From IMG/VR virus record IMGVR_UViG_3300028048_000091, positions 1-64,000 of that record: a stretch of 64,000 nucleotides of DNA. The stretch is one strand, 5' to 3'. Positions 1 through 10,099 of the stretch are shown here, in pieces. The stretch's first letter is position 1. Every line of letters begins with the position of its first letter. The notes below the pieces were generated by a model. It did no database searches. It was not told the origin of the DNA and saw only the letters and a list, made by a program, of their open reading frames with translations. This DNA comes from a virus. Lineage: Duplodnaviria > Caudoviricetes. Made by a program: the position numbers and the translations under genes.

Positions 1-54
1 CAAAGAATTAATGTTCTTTGCACAAGCCCCTCACTTTAGGGAGGGGTTATTGAC
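1..54 (+). mobile_element. Right end (subterminal hairpin) of an IS200/IS605-family tnpB element continuing left of the window
   Basis: caagcccctcactttagggaggggttattgac closely matches the right end of the 57584-58957 element (gaagccccctcctttaggtgggggtagttcac). Confidence 0.55.
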
Positions 55-94
55 ATTTCTAAATATGTATTGTTTTAATTATTTTTTTGCCCTT

Positions 95-484
95 TTAGTT
101 ATTTCTCATTAATTCATACAGTTTTGTAATTTCATCGTCAGTGAACTGTCTTACAGCACCGTCAGCATCTGGTTTACCTGTAGCCTTCTTACTGAAGAGT
201 GAACGATAGGTATCTTTTTCATTATCATCCTTTGGATGCCACAGTTGATAAGCAAAATAAGCATGGTCATACTTATCATTTTTAAGCATGTTCATTACAG
301 CTTTACGTTTAATATTCGAATTACCCTCGCCTTCACTGTCTTCTGCTTCACTGATGGCTTTCTTTTCAAATATTTTCTTTACTTCCTCAGTAACGATACT
401 TTTTACATGATTTCTCAGGCCTTGTCTGTCAAGACTTTCACGTATCATCTTTTTTAATTCGTTTTTTAATGTATTTCTGTCCAT
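95..484 (-). CDS. Hypothetical phage protein, possible head-internal protein
   Basis: 129 aa ORF; N-terminus rich in I/L/V-x-E motifs (IRE, VTE, ISE); preceded by GATATTTATA rather than a host-type promoter. Confidence 0.5.
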   Translation of the reverse strand: MDRNTLKNELKKMIRESLDRQGLRNHVKSIVTEEVKKIFEKKAISEAEDSEGEGNSNIKRKAVMNMLKNDKYDHAYFAYQLWHPKDDNEKDTYRSLFSKKATGKPDADGAVRQFTDDEITKLYELMRNN

Positions 485-530
485 TACGTATGAATTTTCT
501 TATAAATATCAGTTAAATTCTATTAATTCC

Positions 531-563
531 TTGGTTATTTCAAAAAAATGTAGTATATTTGCA
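531..563 (+). promoter_or_regulatory. Bacteroidetes sigma-A type promoter (representative of ~20 copies)
   Basis: ttgg...tagtatatttgca. Same -7 TAnnTTTG box on + at ~3255, 5331, 8789, 13671, 15654, 19057, 21178 and on - at ~24207, 24847, 26877, 28315, 30177, 31338, 37784, 49892, 54645, 56884, 62404, 63270, each just upstream of a gene. Confidence 0.85.
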
Positions 564-595
564 ACTGAAAAATAAATAAAAAAAAATTAATTAAT

Positions 596-1240
596 ATGGA
601 TAAAAACAACAATGGAACAACCACATTTGTTAATATTGCAAGTGGTGATGTAAGTAAGGTACCAACTGATACAACGGTAACACAAATGTATAATGATGTT
701 GATGAAGGGGATTTTGATTTGCCAATTGATGATGAACGTCTATATAGGATGTATTGTTTGGTATTGAGACAATTGTCCCCAATGCAGAAGGGAATACAGT
801 CAGCCCATGCAATTGTAGAATATGCTGATTTGTTCGGTGATACAATTGAATATAAGGAATGGTCAAAACTTGATAAGACAATTATTGTCCTTGATGGCGG
901 TACCTTATTTGACTTGGATGATATCCGTGAGAAACTTGACGAACATGAAATTAAGTACGCAGAGTTCATGGAAGAGGATTTGGGTATGATTACCACAGCA
1001 TTCTGTTTTATTGTTGATGACCACGTATTCGATGATGATACATATCCTGATTTCTATACATGGAGAAACAGAAAATATCCGAATAGGTCAATTCTTACAG
1101 ACCTTACTTATTCACCAAGCAGTCTTAGTGGAGATATAGATTATAGTAAACATTATAAGGAATGGATTGATACTGTAATTGAAGGAGAAAATAATGAATT
1201 CCTTAGAGAACTTATTATGAGTAAACGTTTAGCAAACTAA
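596..1240 (+). CDS. Peptidyl-tRNA hydrolase (PTH2)-like phage protein
   Basis: MYCLVLRQLSPMQKGIQSAHA...KTIIVL...FMEEDLGMITTA pattern. Confidence 0.6.
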   Translation: MDKNNNGTTTFVNIASGDVSKVPTDTTVTQMYNDVDEGDFDLPIDDERLYRMYCLVLRQLSPMQKGIQSAHAIVEYADLFGDTIEYKEWSKLDKTIIVLDGGTLFDLDDIREKLDEHEIKYAEFMEEDLGMITTAFCFIVDDHVFDDDTYPDFYTWRNRKYPNRSILTDLTYSPSSLSGDIDYSKHYKEWIDTVIEGENNEFLRELIMSKRLAN

Positions 1241-1255
1241 TGTAAATTACTGAGA

Positions 1256-2062
1256 ATGAATAGTATAGTAAAGTGGTTCGGTGGAAAAAATTCTATGTTT
1301 AATAATATTTTAGCACAATTTCCTGAGAAGGGTTCATATGATACTTATATCGAGCCTTTTGGTGGTTCTTTCGGTGTTGGTTTCCATACACCGGAAGATT
1401 TAATTGCACCTATTGAGATATACAATGATTTATACAATAATGTATATTGTCTTTTTAAGGTATTAACTGACAAGGAGTTATTTGAGCAGTTCAAGGCGTT
1501 GTGTGATTGTTCTTATTACAATGAATATTTCCGTCAAGAGTTTAAGGAAAAACTTAAAGAAGATAATCTCTCAGAACTTATGAGGGCATATTATTTCTTC
1601 TATGTAAACCGTAGCAGTCATAATGGTATTGGTGGTTTTTCCATGAACAGAGTGGTTAGAAGAAATATGGCCAAATCTGTAAGTGACTTCATGTCTACGA
1701 TTGACCGTCTTCCGGAGATACATCAGAGATTAAGTAAAGTAATGGTGTTACGTAGGGATGGAATGAAACTGATGGATGAATATAGTTCACCAAACGTATT
1801 CATTTATGCAGACCCACCTTATGTACTGTCTACAAGGTCTTCTGCTGAAAGATATGTCGTTGATATGACTGATGAACAACAGCAAGAGTTTATTGAAACT
1901 TGTCTTAGAAGTAAGGCAAAATTGCTTATCAGTGGATATGACAATGAATTGTATAATCAATTAACAGACAATGGGTTTACTAAACTTCAGTTTGAAGTTA
2001 ACACAATTAGTGGTAATAGAAAGCCCAAGACAAAGGTAGAAACGCTTTGGAAAAATTATTAA
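1256..2062 (+). CDS. DNA adenine methyltransferase (Dam/D12 class)
   Basis: KWFGGK, YIEPFGG, IYND, DPPY motifs. Confidence 0.9.
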   Translation: MNSIVKWFGGKNSMFNNILAQFPEKGSYDTYIEPFGGSFGVGFHTPEDLIAPIEIYNDLYNNVYCLFKVLTDKELFEQFKALCDCSYYNEYFRQEFKEKLKEDNLSELMRAYYFFYVNRSSHNGIGGFSMNRVVRRNMAKSVSDFMSTIDRLPEIHQRLSKVMVLRRDGMKLMDEYSSPNVFIYADPPYVLSTRSSAERYVVDMTDEQQQEFIETCLRSKAKLLISGYDNELYNQLTDNGFTKLQFEVNTISGNRKPKTKVETLWKNY

Positions 2063-2071
2063 GATATAATA

Positions 2072-3214
2072 ATGCGAAATATTCTATTTGTACAATTTGC
2101 CAACAGCATGTTTAAAAGGCATGGCTCATGTGATACCTATTGGGATGTTTTCTATAAGAAATGGGAAAATATCGGGTATTACATGGGTAAGAATACCTTT
2201 GAGATACCCAAATGGATTACTGAGATTGCGTATTTTTTGCCGGACGATAATAAAGAGGTATTTTGGTGCAAAAATCACATTTCTGAGGTAATAAATCACA
2301 TAAAAATCACGAAATACGACTTTGTTCTATTCTCATTGATGAATGCCAATCAATATTTCATACAGGATATTGTGAAGGCTTGCCCAAATCAGAAATTCCT
2401 AATTGGTGGATATAATGAGGATTTCATGTGGGAAATGCGTATACAATTCCCTAATATAAGAATATGTAACACTACAAAAGACACAGCAAGGGAACTTGGT
2501 GCAACTTATGAATTCGGAACTGATTATACTTTATTCAATGGTGAAAGGATTATACCAAGATTAACAATGTCCTATGGATGTCTTAACAACTGTAAATTCT
2601 GTATTGTACCTCATGGAAAGATTACATCAGTAAATGATAAGTACATTGAACAACAGATTAAATCATTTGAGCCGCTTGATTACAGATTAATCTATATTGA
2701 CGATAAAACATTTGGTCAAGCAGACAATTACAGAAAATTAAAGGAATTATCTGATTTAACTGGTAAAGATGATTTCAATGGGTTTATTGTTCAGACAACA
2801 TCCGGTATGTTAGTTAAGAAATCAGTGGATTTCAATGATATTGGTGTTAAAGTTGCTGAGATTGGTCTTGAGTCTTATAATGACGAAATACTAAGGAAAT
2901 ATAGGAAACCAAGTAGTGAAAAACTATTTGACAATGCAGTTGAAGCAGCAAGGGAAAGTGGTATAAAACTTATAGCAAATATTATAGTAGGTCTTCCTGA
3001 AGAAACAATTGATACATATCAAAAAACATATGATAGATTGATGTTTTTATTGTCAAAAGGACATCTAATTGGAGTAAACCCTGCTATATATACAAACTAT
3101 GACGATGATGCAAATTTGGGTGAAATAGACTTCAAAGAAGATGAAAAGACTGAATTACACAAGGAATGGTGGGATAAATTCAATAATGCTGCGGCTGAAA
3201 TTTTGTCCAATTAA
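2072..3214 (+). CDS. Radical SAM protein (probably B12-binding class)
   Basis: GCLNNCKFC CxxxCxxC motif, IGLES, IIVGLPEET. Confidence 0.85.
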   Translation: MRNILFVQFANSMFKRHGSCDTYWDVFYKKWENIGYYMGKNTFEIPKWITEIAYFLPDDNKEVFWCKNHISEVINHIKITKYDFVLFSLMNANQYFIQDIVKACPNQKFLIGGYNEDFMWEMRIQFPNIRICNTTKDTARELGATYEFGTDYTLFNGERIIPRLTMSYGCLNNCKFCIVPHGKITSVNDKYIEQQIKSFEPLDYRLIYIDDKTFGQADNYRKLKELSDLTGKDDFNGFIVQTTSGMLVKKSVDFNDIGVKVAEIGLESYNDEILRKYRKPSSEKLFDNAVEAARESGIKLIANIIVGLPEETIDTYQKTYDRLMFLLSKGHLIGVNPAIYTNYDDDANLGEIDFKEDEKTELHKEWWDKFNNAAAEILSN

Positions 3215-3370
3215 CAATTTTTAACAAAAAATATTTGGATATATGCAGAAAAAGTAGTATCTTTGCACGACGAAATGTAAAACATACCAATTCACTTGGT
3301 AAAACTACAATAATTATAATTTAGTAAATAAATAAATTTTTAAAATTTAATTTTTTTTTGTAAAAAGACT

Positions 3371-4438
3371 ATGAAGAAGTTTATTTTTAGTTTGGTGATG
3401 GCTTTCGTAGCCATTATGAGTGCAAACGCACAGATTGCGACTGAGAACAGTAATGCATTGGATAACATTGCAGCAGGTGTAACGGTTGGTGCAAGTACCC
3501 CTCTTGATTTCAACTCTGTATTCCCTCTCAACACCAATGTTGGTGTAAAGGTACAGAAGGATTTTACCCCTGTATTCGGTGCTCAGATTGAGGCATTGGC
3601 TTTCTTGAATGATAACCATTTTGCCGACATTAAGACATTGGTTAAGACAACCAATCTTGGTTTTAACGGAGTGGTTAACCTTTCAAATGCATTTTGTGGC
3701 TACAATGGTACACCACGTACATTTGAGGTAAGTGCTGTAGCCGGCCTTGGATGGCTTCGTGCTTGGGACATTAAGGACAATAGTTTGTCTGCAAAGACAG
3801 GCGTTGATTTGGCTCTTAATCTTGGCAAGAACAAGGCTCATTCGTTTGTATTGACCCCTGCTGTATATTGGAATTTGCATAAGATTGATGCAATTCAGTT
3901 TACAAAGCATGGAGCACAGCTTGCACTTAATCTGACTTACATGTATCACTTTAAGACAAGCAATGGTACACATCATTTCAAGACCTATGATGTAGGTGCA
4001 ATGATTAGTGAGATTGACCGTTTGAATGGCGCACTTGCAGAGTGTGAGAGCCGTGAGCCAAAGGTAGTTGAGAAGATTGTTGTTAAGGAGGTTCCTGTTA
4101 CGGCTGATGGTCAGAAGGTTGTCGTTGATGAGAAGGGCACACCTGTCACAAATGACACAGACCGTGATGCTTGGATTGTTCCATTTAATAACAACAGTGC
4201 ATATCTTAACGTTGAGGCACACTTCATCCTTAATCAGATTAGCCGTAATTCAGTTGTCGATATCGTAGCAACTGCATCTACCACCGGTACTGATGAGTAT
4301 AATCAGAAGCTTTCTGAGTGGCGTGCACAGTCTGTTGCAACATACCTCAAGGGTCGTGGCATCAAGGTTAATAGTGCTGTCGGTAAGGGTAAGAACCCTG
4401 AAAGCGGACGTGTTGCTATTGTAACAATGGCGAAGTAA
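3371..4438 (+). CDS. OmpA-family outer membrane protein
   Basis: Signal peptide ending ANA-Q, beta-barrel-like N-half, C-terminal OmpA-like motif YNQKLSEWRAQSV. Confidence 0.85.
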   Translation: MKKFIFSLVMAFVAIMSANAQIATENSNALDNIAAGVTVGASTPLDFNSVFPLNTNVGVKVQKDFTPVFGAQIEALAFLNDNHFADIKTLVKTTNLGFNGVVNLSNAFCGYNGTPRTFEVSAVAGLGWLRAWDIKDNSLSAKTGVDLALNLGKNKAHSFVLTPAVYWNLHKIDAIQFTKHGAQLALNLTYMYHFKTSNGTHHFKTYDVGAMISEIDRLNGALAECESREPKVVEKIVVKEVPVTADGQKVVVDEKGTPVTNDTDRDAWIVPFNNNSAYLNVEAHFILNQISRNSVVDIVATASTTGTDEYNQKLSEWRAQSVATYLKGRGIKVNSAVGKGKNPESGRVAIVTMAK

Positions 4439-4472
4439 GAAAATACTTAATTTAAATCGTTCATTTGAGTAG

Positions 4473-4515
4473 GGTTTCGGTGATTACAATAATACGTGGT
4501 TGCTGAAACCTTTTT
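4473..4515 (+). terminator. Intrinsic terminator after ompA-like gene
   Basis: ggtttcggtgattac / gtggttgctgaaacc stem (with G-U pairs) followed by a T tract. Confidence 0.65.
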
Positions 4516-4530
4516 AATTTTTTTTTTAAT

Positions 4531-4932
4531 ATGTCCAAGATAATTCCTTATTGTAAGTTAAAAGAGGAACATTACGGTCCGAATGCCTTTGATGTTTCAA
4601 GGCCTAACATATTCGGTAATCCCTATACACATATTAAGAATAGGGAAACAAAGGCACAGATAAAGGTAAAGACTCGTGATGAAGCCATTGACCTATATGA
4701 CCCATATTTTGACAACATGCTGAAAGATGAAACAGAAGTAGGTGAAATGTTCAGACAAGAATGGGATAGAATGTATGAGGCATATAAGACATATGATGAA
4801 ATATACCTTGGATGCTTCTGTGATATAGGTAAAGAACGTTGTCATACAGAAATTATAGCAAAAAAACTAATTCAACGTTCAATGAAAGAAAAAATTGCTA
4901 AAATTAAGGAAAAACGTAAAGAAAAAAATTAA
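4531..4932 (+). CDS. DUF4326-like protein
   Basis: SRPNIFGNPY ... LGCFC ... CHTEII motifs. Confidence 0.7.
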   Translation: MSKIIPYCKLKEEHYGPNAFDVSRPNIFGNPYTHIKNRETKAQIKVKTRDEAIDLYDPYFDNMLKDETEVGEMFRQEWDRMYEAYKTYDEIYLGCFCDIGKERCHTEIIAKKLIQRSMKEKIAKIKEKRKEKN

Positions 4933-5258
4933 TGTAACTTTTTAACGAAGAATGGATTGTCTAAAAGTATATTAATACGTTCTTCCATTAACTCACATGT
5001 ATTACTGAAGTTTGCTACATCCTCATCTGTTAATTCAAACCACTCATTTAATACTCTTTTGTTCTCGAAATGAGTATGTAACATTTTTTCAATACGGTAT
5101 GGATATTTTGTTGTATGGTAATTGGAAAGAAATAATTCTGTGGCATTACCGGTTTGGAGTTTTTTAATTCGGTTTTCTATTTTCCCCTTGGTAACACCTA
5201 TTTTAAATAGATTATTTGCAGCATCGCAAATTAGATATACTATACCATCCATATACAA
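4929..5258 (-). CDS. GIY-YIG-like (T5orf172/MUG113) nuclease-domain protein
   Basis: VYLI..FKIGVT..RIKKLQTGN..EKMLH..EWF. Confidence 0.8.
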   Translation of the reverse strand: MYMDGIVYLICDAANNLFKIGVTKGKIENRIKKLQTGNATELFLSNYHTTKYPYRIEKMLHTHFENKRVLNEWFELTDEDVANFSNTCELMEERINILLDNPFFVKKLH

Positions 5259-5375
5259 TATTTAATTTAGGCGAAAATAAATTAATTTTCAATTTTTTAA
5301 CATAAAATATTTGGATAATTGAGAAATAATTAGTATCTTTGCGAACGATAAAACCAAAAAATATATAAATAGATT

Positions 5376-5522
5376 ATGTCTCAAAACGATTACGAAAGCA
5401 TTTTGGCAAAGTACGAGATGGCACAGAAAATTGCAGAAGAGTTCCGTTACAACACAAACTTGGACGTGGTAATTAACAGTTATGCGGTTAGACTCAAGGA
5501 AATTAGTAAACAAATACGTTAA
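5376..5522 (+). CDS. Small hypothetical protein (48 aa, not in ORF track)
   Basis: MSQNDYESILAKYEMAQK... directly after the promoter at 5331 and abutting the next gene. Confidence 0.55.
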   Translation: MSQNDYESILAKYEMAQKIAEEFRYNTNLDVVINSYAVRLKEISKQIR

Positions 5523-5525
5523 AAA

Positions 5526-6689
5526 ATGAAATTTAGAGATTTATTCAATCAAGACACATGGCTTCCAGATTGGGATAAGATTTTCTCAATAAAGGAATTC
5601 AAGGATATGGAAACCTGTGAGCAGTCAAAGATATGGCACAAAGAAAAATTTTGTTCTACGCACACAAAATTAGTCACTCAGGCGTTACAGTCATTTTTGC
5701 TTAACCGTGAGAACATTGAGCCATCGGATAATGAATATTACATTATGATGATGTCTGCCGCAATATGTCATGACCTTGGAAAGCCTTCAACCACTAAGTT
5801 TGATGAGGAAAAGGGCGATTACACTACAAAGTGTCATGGACTTGTGGGTGCTAAGATTACACGTAGGTTGTTCTTCGATGAAGAATTTACATTACGTGAG
5901 AAGGTTTGCTATATGGTACGTCATCACATGGATTTACACCATATCTTTGATAAGGAGGAAATGTCTACCCGTAAGATGATTCAGTTGTCTCATGGTAGGG
6001 TAAGAGTTAAGGATATGCTTATTCTTAATATCTGTGATTCTCTTGGTTCTAAGAATGATGAAGAGGATGAAGAGTTTATTGCAGAGAAAGAGGAACGTAT
6101 CAAGTCACTTGCCGAAGGCTTGAATTGCTATGAGACTCCTTATGAGTTTAACAATGATTATGAGAAGATTAGGTTCTTCCATTTCAAAGACAGACTGTTC
6201 CCGGAAGGATATGCATTACCAAAGGATTATGGCCAATTCACCATGTATGTAATGATAGGAGTACCTGGTAGTGGTAAATCGTATTATATTGAGAAGTATC
6301 TTAAAGATGCCGTTCAGATTAGCCGTGACCTTATACGTACAGAGATTGGTATCAAGGGTGAGAAACCACAAGGTAATAAGGAACAGGAAAGTCATGTAAC
6401 GGAGATATTCAATGAGAGAATGTTGGAATGCTGCAAGAATAAGCAGGACTTCGTAATTGACAACACTAATGTCCGTAAGATGTATCGTGATGCATATACT
6501 GATATGACATTAAGGTTCATGCCTAGAATTGTATATGTGTATATAGAGGCACCTGACTTGCAGACATATAAAGACAGACGTAAGGGTATGATGCCGTTAG
6601 AGGTAATTGACCGTATGTGGAGTCAGTTTGATTTCCCGGAGCCTACGGAATATAATGAAATGATTTTGGATAAGCAATTTAAGCATTAA
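5526..6689 (+). CDS. HD-domain phosphohydrolase fused to P-loop polynucleotide kinase-like (AAA_33) domain
   Basis: CHDLGK HD motif; GVPGSGKS Walker A; SRDLIR; VIDNTN. Confidence 0.85.
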   Translation: MKFRDLFNQDTWLPDWDKIFSIKEFKDMETCEQSKIWHKEKFCSTHTKLVTQALQSFLLNRENIEPSDNEYYIMMMSAAICHDLGKPSTTKFDEEKGDYTTKCHGLVGAKITRRLFFDEEFTLREKVCYMVRHHMDLHHIFDKEEMSTRKMIQLSHGRVRVKDMLILNICDSLGSKNDEEDEEFIAEKEERIKSLAEGLNCYETPYEFNNDYEKIRFFHFKDRLFPEGYALPKDYGQFTMYVMIGVPGSGKSYYIEKYLKDAVQISRDLIRTEIGIKGEKPQGNKEQESHVTEIFNERMLECCKNKQDFVIDNTNVRKMYRDAYTDMTLRFMPRIVYVYIEAPDLQTYKDRRKGMMPLEVIDRMWSQFDFPEPTEYNEMILDKQFKH

Positions 6690-6701
6690 AGATAAATTAA
6701 T

Positions 6702-8195
6702 ATGAGAGCAGTATATTTAAAGAATTTCAGAAAGGGGTTTGCAACCAACAGTAGTTCAACACATTCAATCATCTATCGTAATAAAGATGAAATGTTTAAG
6801 GATTTGAATATCTTTGAATTGAATTATTATGATAGGTTTGATAACACAATTGCGGCTTCAAGAGAGGCTAAAATTAAATACGTTGCAGCAAATATCTTTT
6901 GGAATAAGACGTTATTCGAGATAATGTGCCAGTATTATCCGGAAATGAAACAATATGAGGAACTTGCCAAAAAAGCAAGGGAAAATGATTTGTATGAGGA
7001 ATTTGGTATGTATACCAGGGGGGCACTTAGTTTCAGAAAAGGTACAGAACTTGAAGCAAGCATTGATTTCCTTAAAAATGTAATCGATGATGAAGACATT
7101 ATTATTGTCGGCGGTTCTGATGAAGCAGATTTTGTATATGCTACAACTGAAGGACATAAGGAGATAGCATTGCCGGATGACATTGGAATTGGTAGTCTTT
7201 CAAAAGGTATAGTAAAGAACGGTAATTATTGGATTGGGTACGGATGGGATGGAAAAATTCGTTTCAAGACCGAAAAAGGTGACTGTGTTCCATCATATCC
7301 TGAACTTGTTGACCTTCGTATTACTAACAAGTGCCAACATGGTTGTCCGTTCTGTTTCATGGATTCTTCAATGAAGGAGAAAGAGGCTGATTTCTTCAAA
7401 CTTAAAGCTATAATTAACCAATTATCGTCAAATGAGTATGACCGATATGACAGACGTGTTGAGTTCTCAGTTGGTGGCGGAAACATACTTCTTTATTCAC
7501 ATCTTGAAGAGTTGTTCAAGTACATGAAAGAACGTGGTCATATTATTAATACAACTATTAATGCAAAAGACTGCAAAGAGATTCTTTCAAATGAGAAATA
7601 TCTTAAATTATTTAAGGATTATGTCACCGCAATTGGCGTATCTGTAACTGATGAGAAAGATATTGATATTCTTGGTGATTTTAAGTTCTCATTCAATCGT
7701 GATGGCTATAAGCAGATTACAATTCATCTGATACCTGAACTTCTTGGCGTTGAGAAGACAATGGAACTTATACAGAAGATTGAAAAGCAATATGAGTATT
7801 TCAATTTCCTTTTCTTGGGTTATAAGACTAATGGACGAGGAAAGACACAAGAGTATAGGACATTCACTAATGATGAATTAACCAAGTTGTTCGGCGAAGA
7901 TTTATTGGTTAGTATTGATACCACGTTTGCCAATACATATAAGGATTGGCTTGAAAAGAATTTTGAAACTGACAAGACGATTACATTGAATGAAGGTGAA
8001 TATAGCATGTATATTGATGCTGTTGAAGGTTTTGCATACAAATCATCATATCAGTTAGACAAACCTTACGACATTAAGTACGGAGGCTGTGAAGAACATG
8101 GTAAAACATGGTTTACACCGATAGAGGCATTTGCCAATATTCGTAGGGATAACGGATTCAAGGTATATGGTGAAGAAGATACTGAAACTAATTAA
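6702..8195 (+). CDS. Radical SAM protein with N-terminal TNSSS-motif domain
   Basis: GFATNSSSTHS at the N-terminus; CQHGCPFC; GGG motif. Confidence 0.8.
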   Translation: MRAVYLKNFRKGFATNSSSTHSIIYRNKDEMFKDLNIFELNYYDRFDNTIAASREAKIKYVAANIFWNKTLFEIMCQYYPEMKQYEELAKKARENDLYEEFGMYTRGALSFRKGTELEASIDFLKNVIDDEDIIIVGGSDEADFVYATTEGHKEIALPDDIGIGSLSKGIVKNGNYWIGYGWDGKIRFKTEKGDCVPSYPELVDLRITNKCQHGCPFCFMDSSMKEKEADFFKLKAIINQLSSNEYDRYDRRVEFSVGGGNILLYSHLEELFKYMKERGHIINTTINAKDCKEILSNEKYLKLFKDYVTAIGVSVTDEKDIDILGDFKFSFNRDGYKQITIHLIPELLGVEKTMELIQKIEKQYEYFNFLFLGYKTNGRGKTQEYRTFTNDELTKLFGEDLLVSIDTTFANTYKDWLEKNFETDKTITLNEGEYSMYIDAVEGFAYKSSYQLDKPYDIKYGGCEEHGKTWFTPIEAFANIRRDNGFKVYGEEDTETN

Positions 8196-8205
8196 CATTT
8201 AATAT

Positions 8206-8568
8206 ATGGAGTTGAAAACAGAAGACGAGTTAAGGACATTCATTGCATATAGTTCTTTTGATGAAATCGAAGACTATTCATCTAATATAAAAAAGGAACT
8301 TAACTCAAATTACGATAATCGTAATACAATAAACAATGCCGTTCAAACGCTTAAAGGGTTTGGTATAAAGTGTGACCAATATTCATATGATAAAAATATG
8401 GCTTATATAAATGAAGATATTAAGCCATTAAAAAAACATTTGGATTTAATCAATAAATACCTTAAAGAAAAACAAGAACATTGCACTCATGATTGGATAT
8501 ATGATGGTCATGATTCTCATTATGATTACTATAAATGTTCTAAATGCGGATTAGAAGATAAAAATTGA
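8206..8568 (+). CDS. Hypothetical protein with C-terminal Zn-ribbon
   Basis: CTHDW...CSKCG. Confidence 0.55.
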   Translation: MELKTEDELRTFIAYSSFDEIEDYSSNIKKELNSNYDNRNTINNAVQTLKGFGIKCDQYSYDKNMAYINEDIKPLKKHLDLINKYLKEKQEHCTHDWIYDGHDSHYDYYKCSKCGLEDKN

Positions 8569-8839
8569 CTCTGTTTAAAATAAAATGTATAGAGGTTAAA
8601 GAGGGGGAGATAAATAATGGCTAATATGAAGTTAAATAATTTCAGACCCTTATTCGATAAAATAACTGACGGTAAAATATTGATTGGTATACATGAGAAT
8701 TATATGATATTTGCATTTTATCGTAGTTTTGAGGATAATAAAGTGTATTATTATCGTAATATATTCTCTTCTTTATTTGAAAAATAAATAGTATATTTGC
8801 TGTCGAAACATAAATAATATATATAAAAAATTAGGTAAA

Positions 8840-9070
8840 ATGAGTAAAGTAATTTTAGAGTTAGAAGGAAACGTAAATGATTTGCTTTCCGTAGATAATG
8901 AAAGAAATCTTAAAATGACAAGGTTTGTACTTGATAGTGATAACGACCCTGAGAATGAGGAAACAGTTGATATTGCTATTACATCAGTTGACCCAAGTCG
9001 GACACATAAAGTATTCAATGAAGGCTTACTTAATAAGAAAGTAAAGATTACAGTAGAAACAATTGATTAA
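8840..9070 (+). CDS. Hypothetical protein
   Basis: ORF downstream of the promoter at 8789. Confidence 0.55.
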   Translation: MSKVILELEGNVNDLLSVDNERNLKMTRFVLDSDNDPENEETVDIAITSVDPSRTHKVFNEGLLNKKVKITVETID

Positions 9071-9109
9071 ATATGGTAGAATTATTATATTTAAGATAAA
9101 TAATATAAT

Positions 9110-10099
9110 ATGAAACCACGTTTAACAAAGGAGGAATTTATTGAAAAAGCTAAAAAGGTACATAAGGATATTGACTATGATTATTCAGAGGTTGTATATG
9201 TGAATAACCACACACCGGTTAAAATAATTGACCCTGAATTTGGTCCGTTTGAGCAAACACCAATGAAACATTTATCTGGTCACGATTCTCCGGCTAGACG
9301 CTATATAAAAATATCAAAACGATTAAGTTTAACCAAGGAACAATTCATAAATAAAGCCATATTAATTCATGGTAATAAATATGATTATTCAGAAGTTGAT
9401 TATCTCAATTATTTTACAAAAGTTAAAATAATTTGTCATAATAAAGATGAACATGGGGTTGAACACGGTGAGTTTTGGCAAATACCTGCAAATCATATCA
9501 ATAAAAATCATCCAAAGGGGTGTCATAAATGTGGGGGAAGTGATAAGTTATCCACTGAAGAGTTTATTGAAAAAGCAAAAGAAGTACATGGCGACAAATA
9601 TGATTATTCTAAGTCTGAATATATTAACCATATGACAAAAGTTTGCATAATTTGCCATCAAAAAGATTGTTATGGTAATGAGCATGGTGAATTTTGGCAA
9701 ATACCAAATAGTCACTTGAAAGGTTGTGGTTGTCCAAAGTGCAATAATTTAAAAAGGGTGCGTTATATAGAACATTTACTAATTAAAAACAACATAAATT
9801 ATACATTAGAAAAAAGTTTTGAATGGCTACGTAATAAAGGCTTATTGAGACTTGATTTTTATTTGGATGACTATAATATAGCAATTGAACATCAAGGTCC
9901 TCAACATTTTAAGCCAACTAGATTTTGGCATAATGATAATGTATTAGCCTTAAAACAATTTAAAGAAAATCAAATAAGAGATAAAGTAAAAAAAGAACTT
10001 TGTGAAAAACATAATATTCAAATATATTATATAAATTACAATGAAAATATTAAAGAAAAAATAAAAAAATTACTAAATGAACTTAATAAAAACGAATAG
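9110..10099 (+). CDS. Putative homing endonuclease (DUF723-like repeats plus Vsr/PD-(D/E)xK domain)
   Basis: Three EEFIEKAK.VHG.KYDYS...HGEFWQ repeats; LDFYL..IAIEHQGPQH. Confidence 0.8.
   Translation: MKPRLTKEEFIEKAKKVHKDIDYDYSEVVYVNNHTPVKIIDPEFGPFEQTPMKHLSGHDSPARRYIKISKRLSLTKEQFINKAILIHGNKYDYSEVDYLNYFTKVKIICHNKDEHGVEHGEFWQIPANHINKNHPKGCHKCGGSDKLSTEEFIEKAKEVHGDKYDYSKSEYINHMTKVCIICHQKDCYGNEHGEFWQIPNSHLKGCGCPKCNNLKRVRYIEHLLIKNNINYTLEKSFEWLRNKGLLRLDFYLDDYNIAIEHQGPQHFKPTRFWHNDNVLALKQFKENQIRDKVKKELCEKHNIQIYYINYNENIKEKIKKLLNELNKNE

Noticed and set aside
535-996. Antisense or overlapping ORFs in the track (e.g. 535-996, 3683-4222, 10621-11187, 29131-29544, 49858-50307)
   Set aside because: They are shadows of well-supported genes on the other strand or frame, with no motifs
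9070-10099. Group I intron around the homing endonuclease
   Set aside because: Flanking genes appear complete and there is no room for an intron core; likely free-standing
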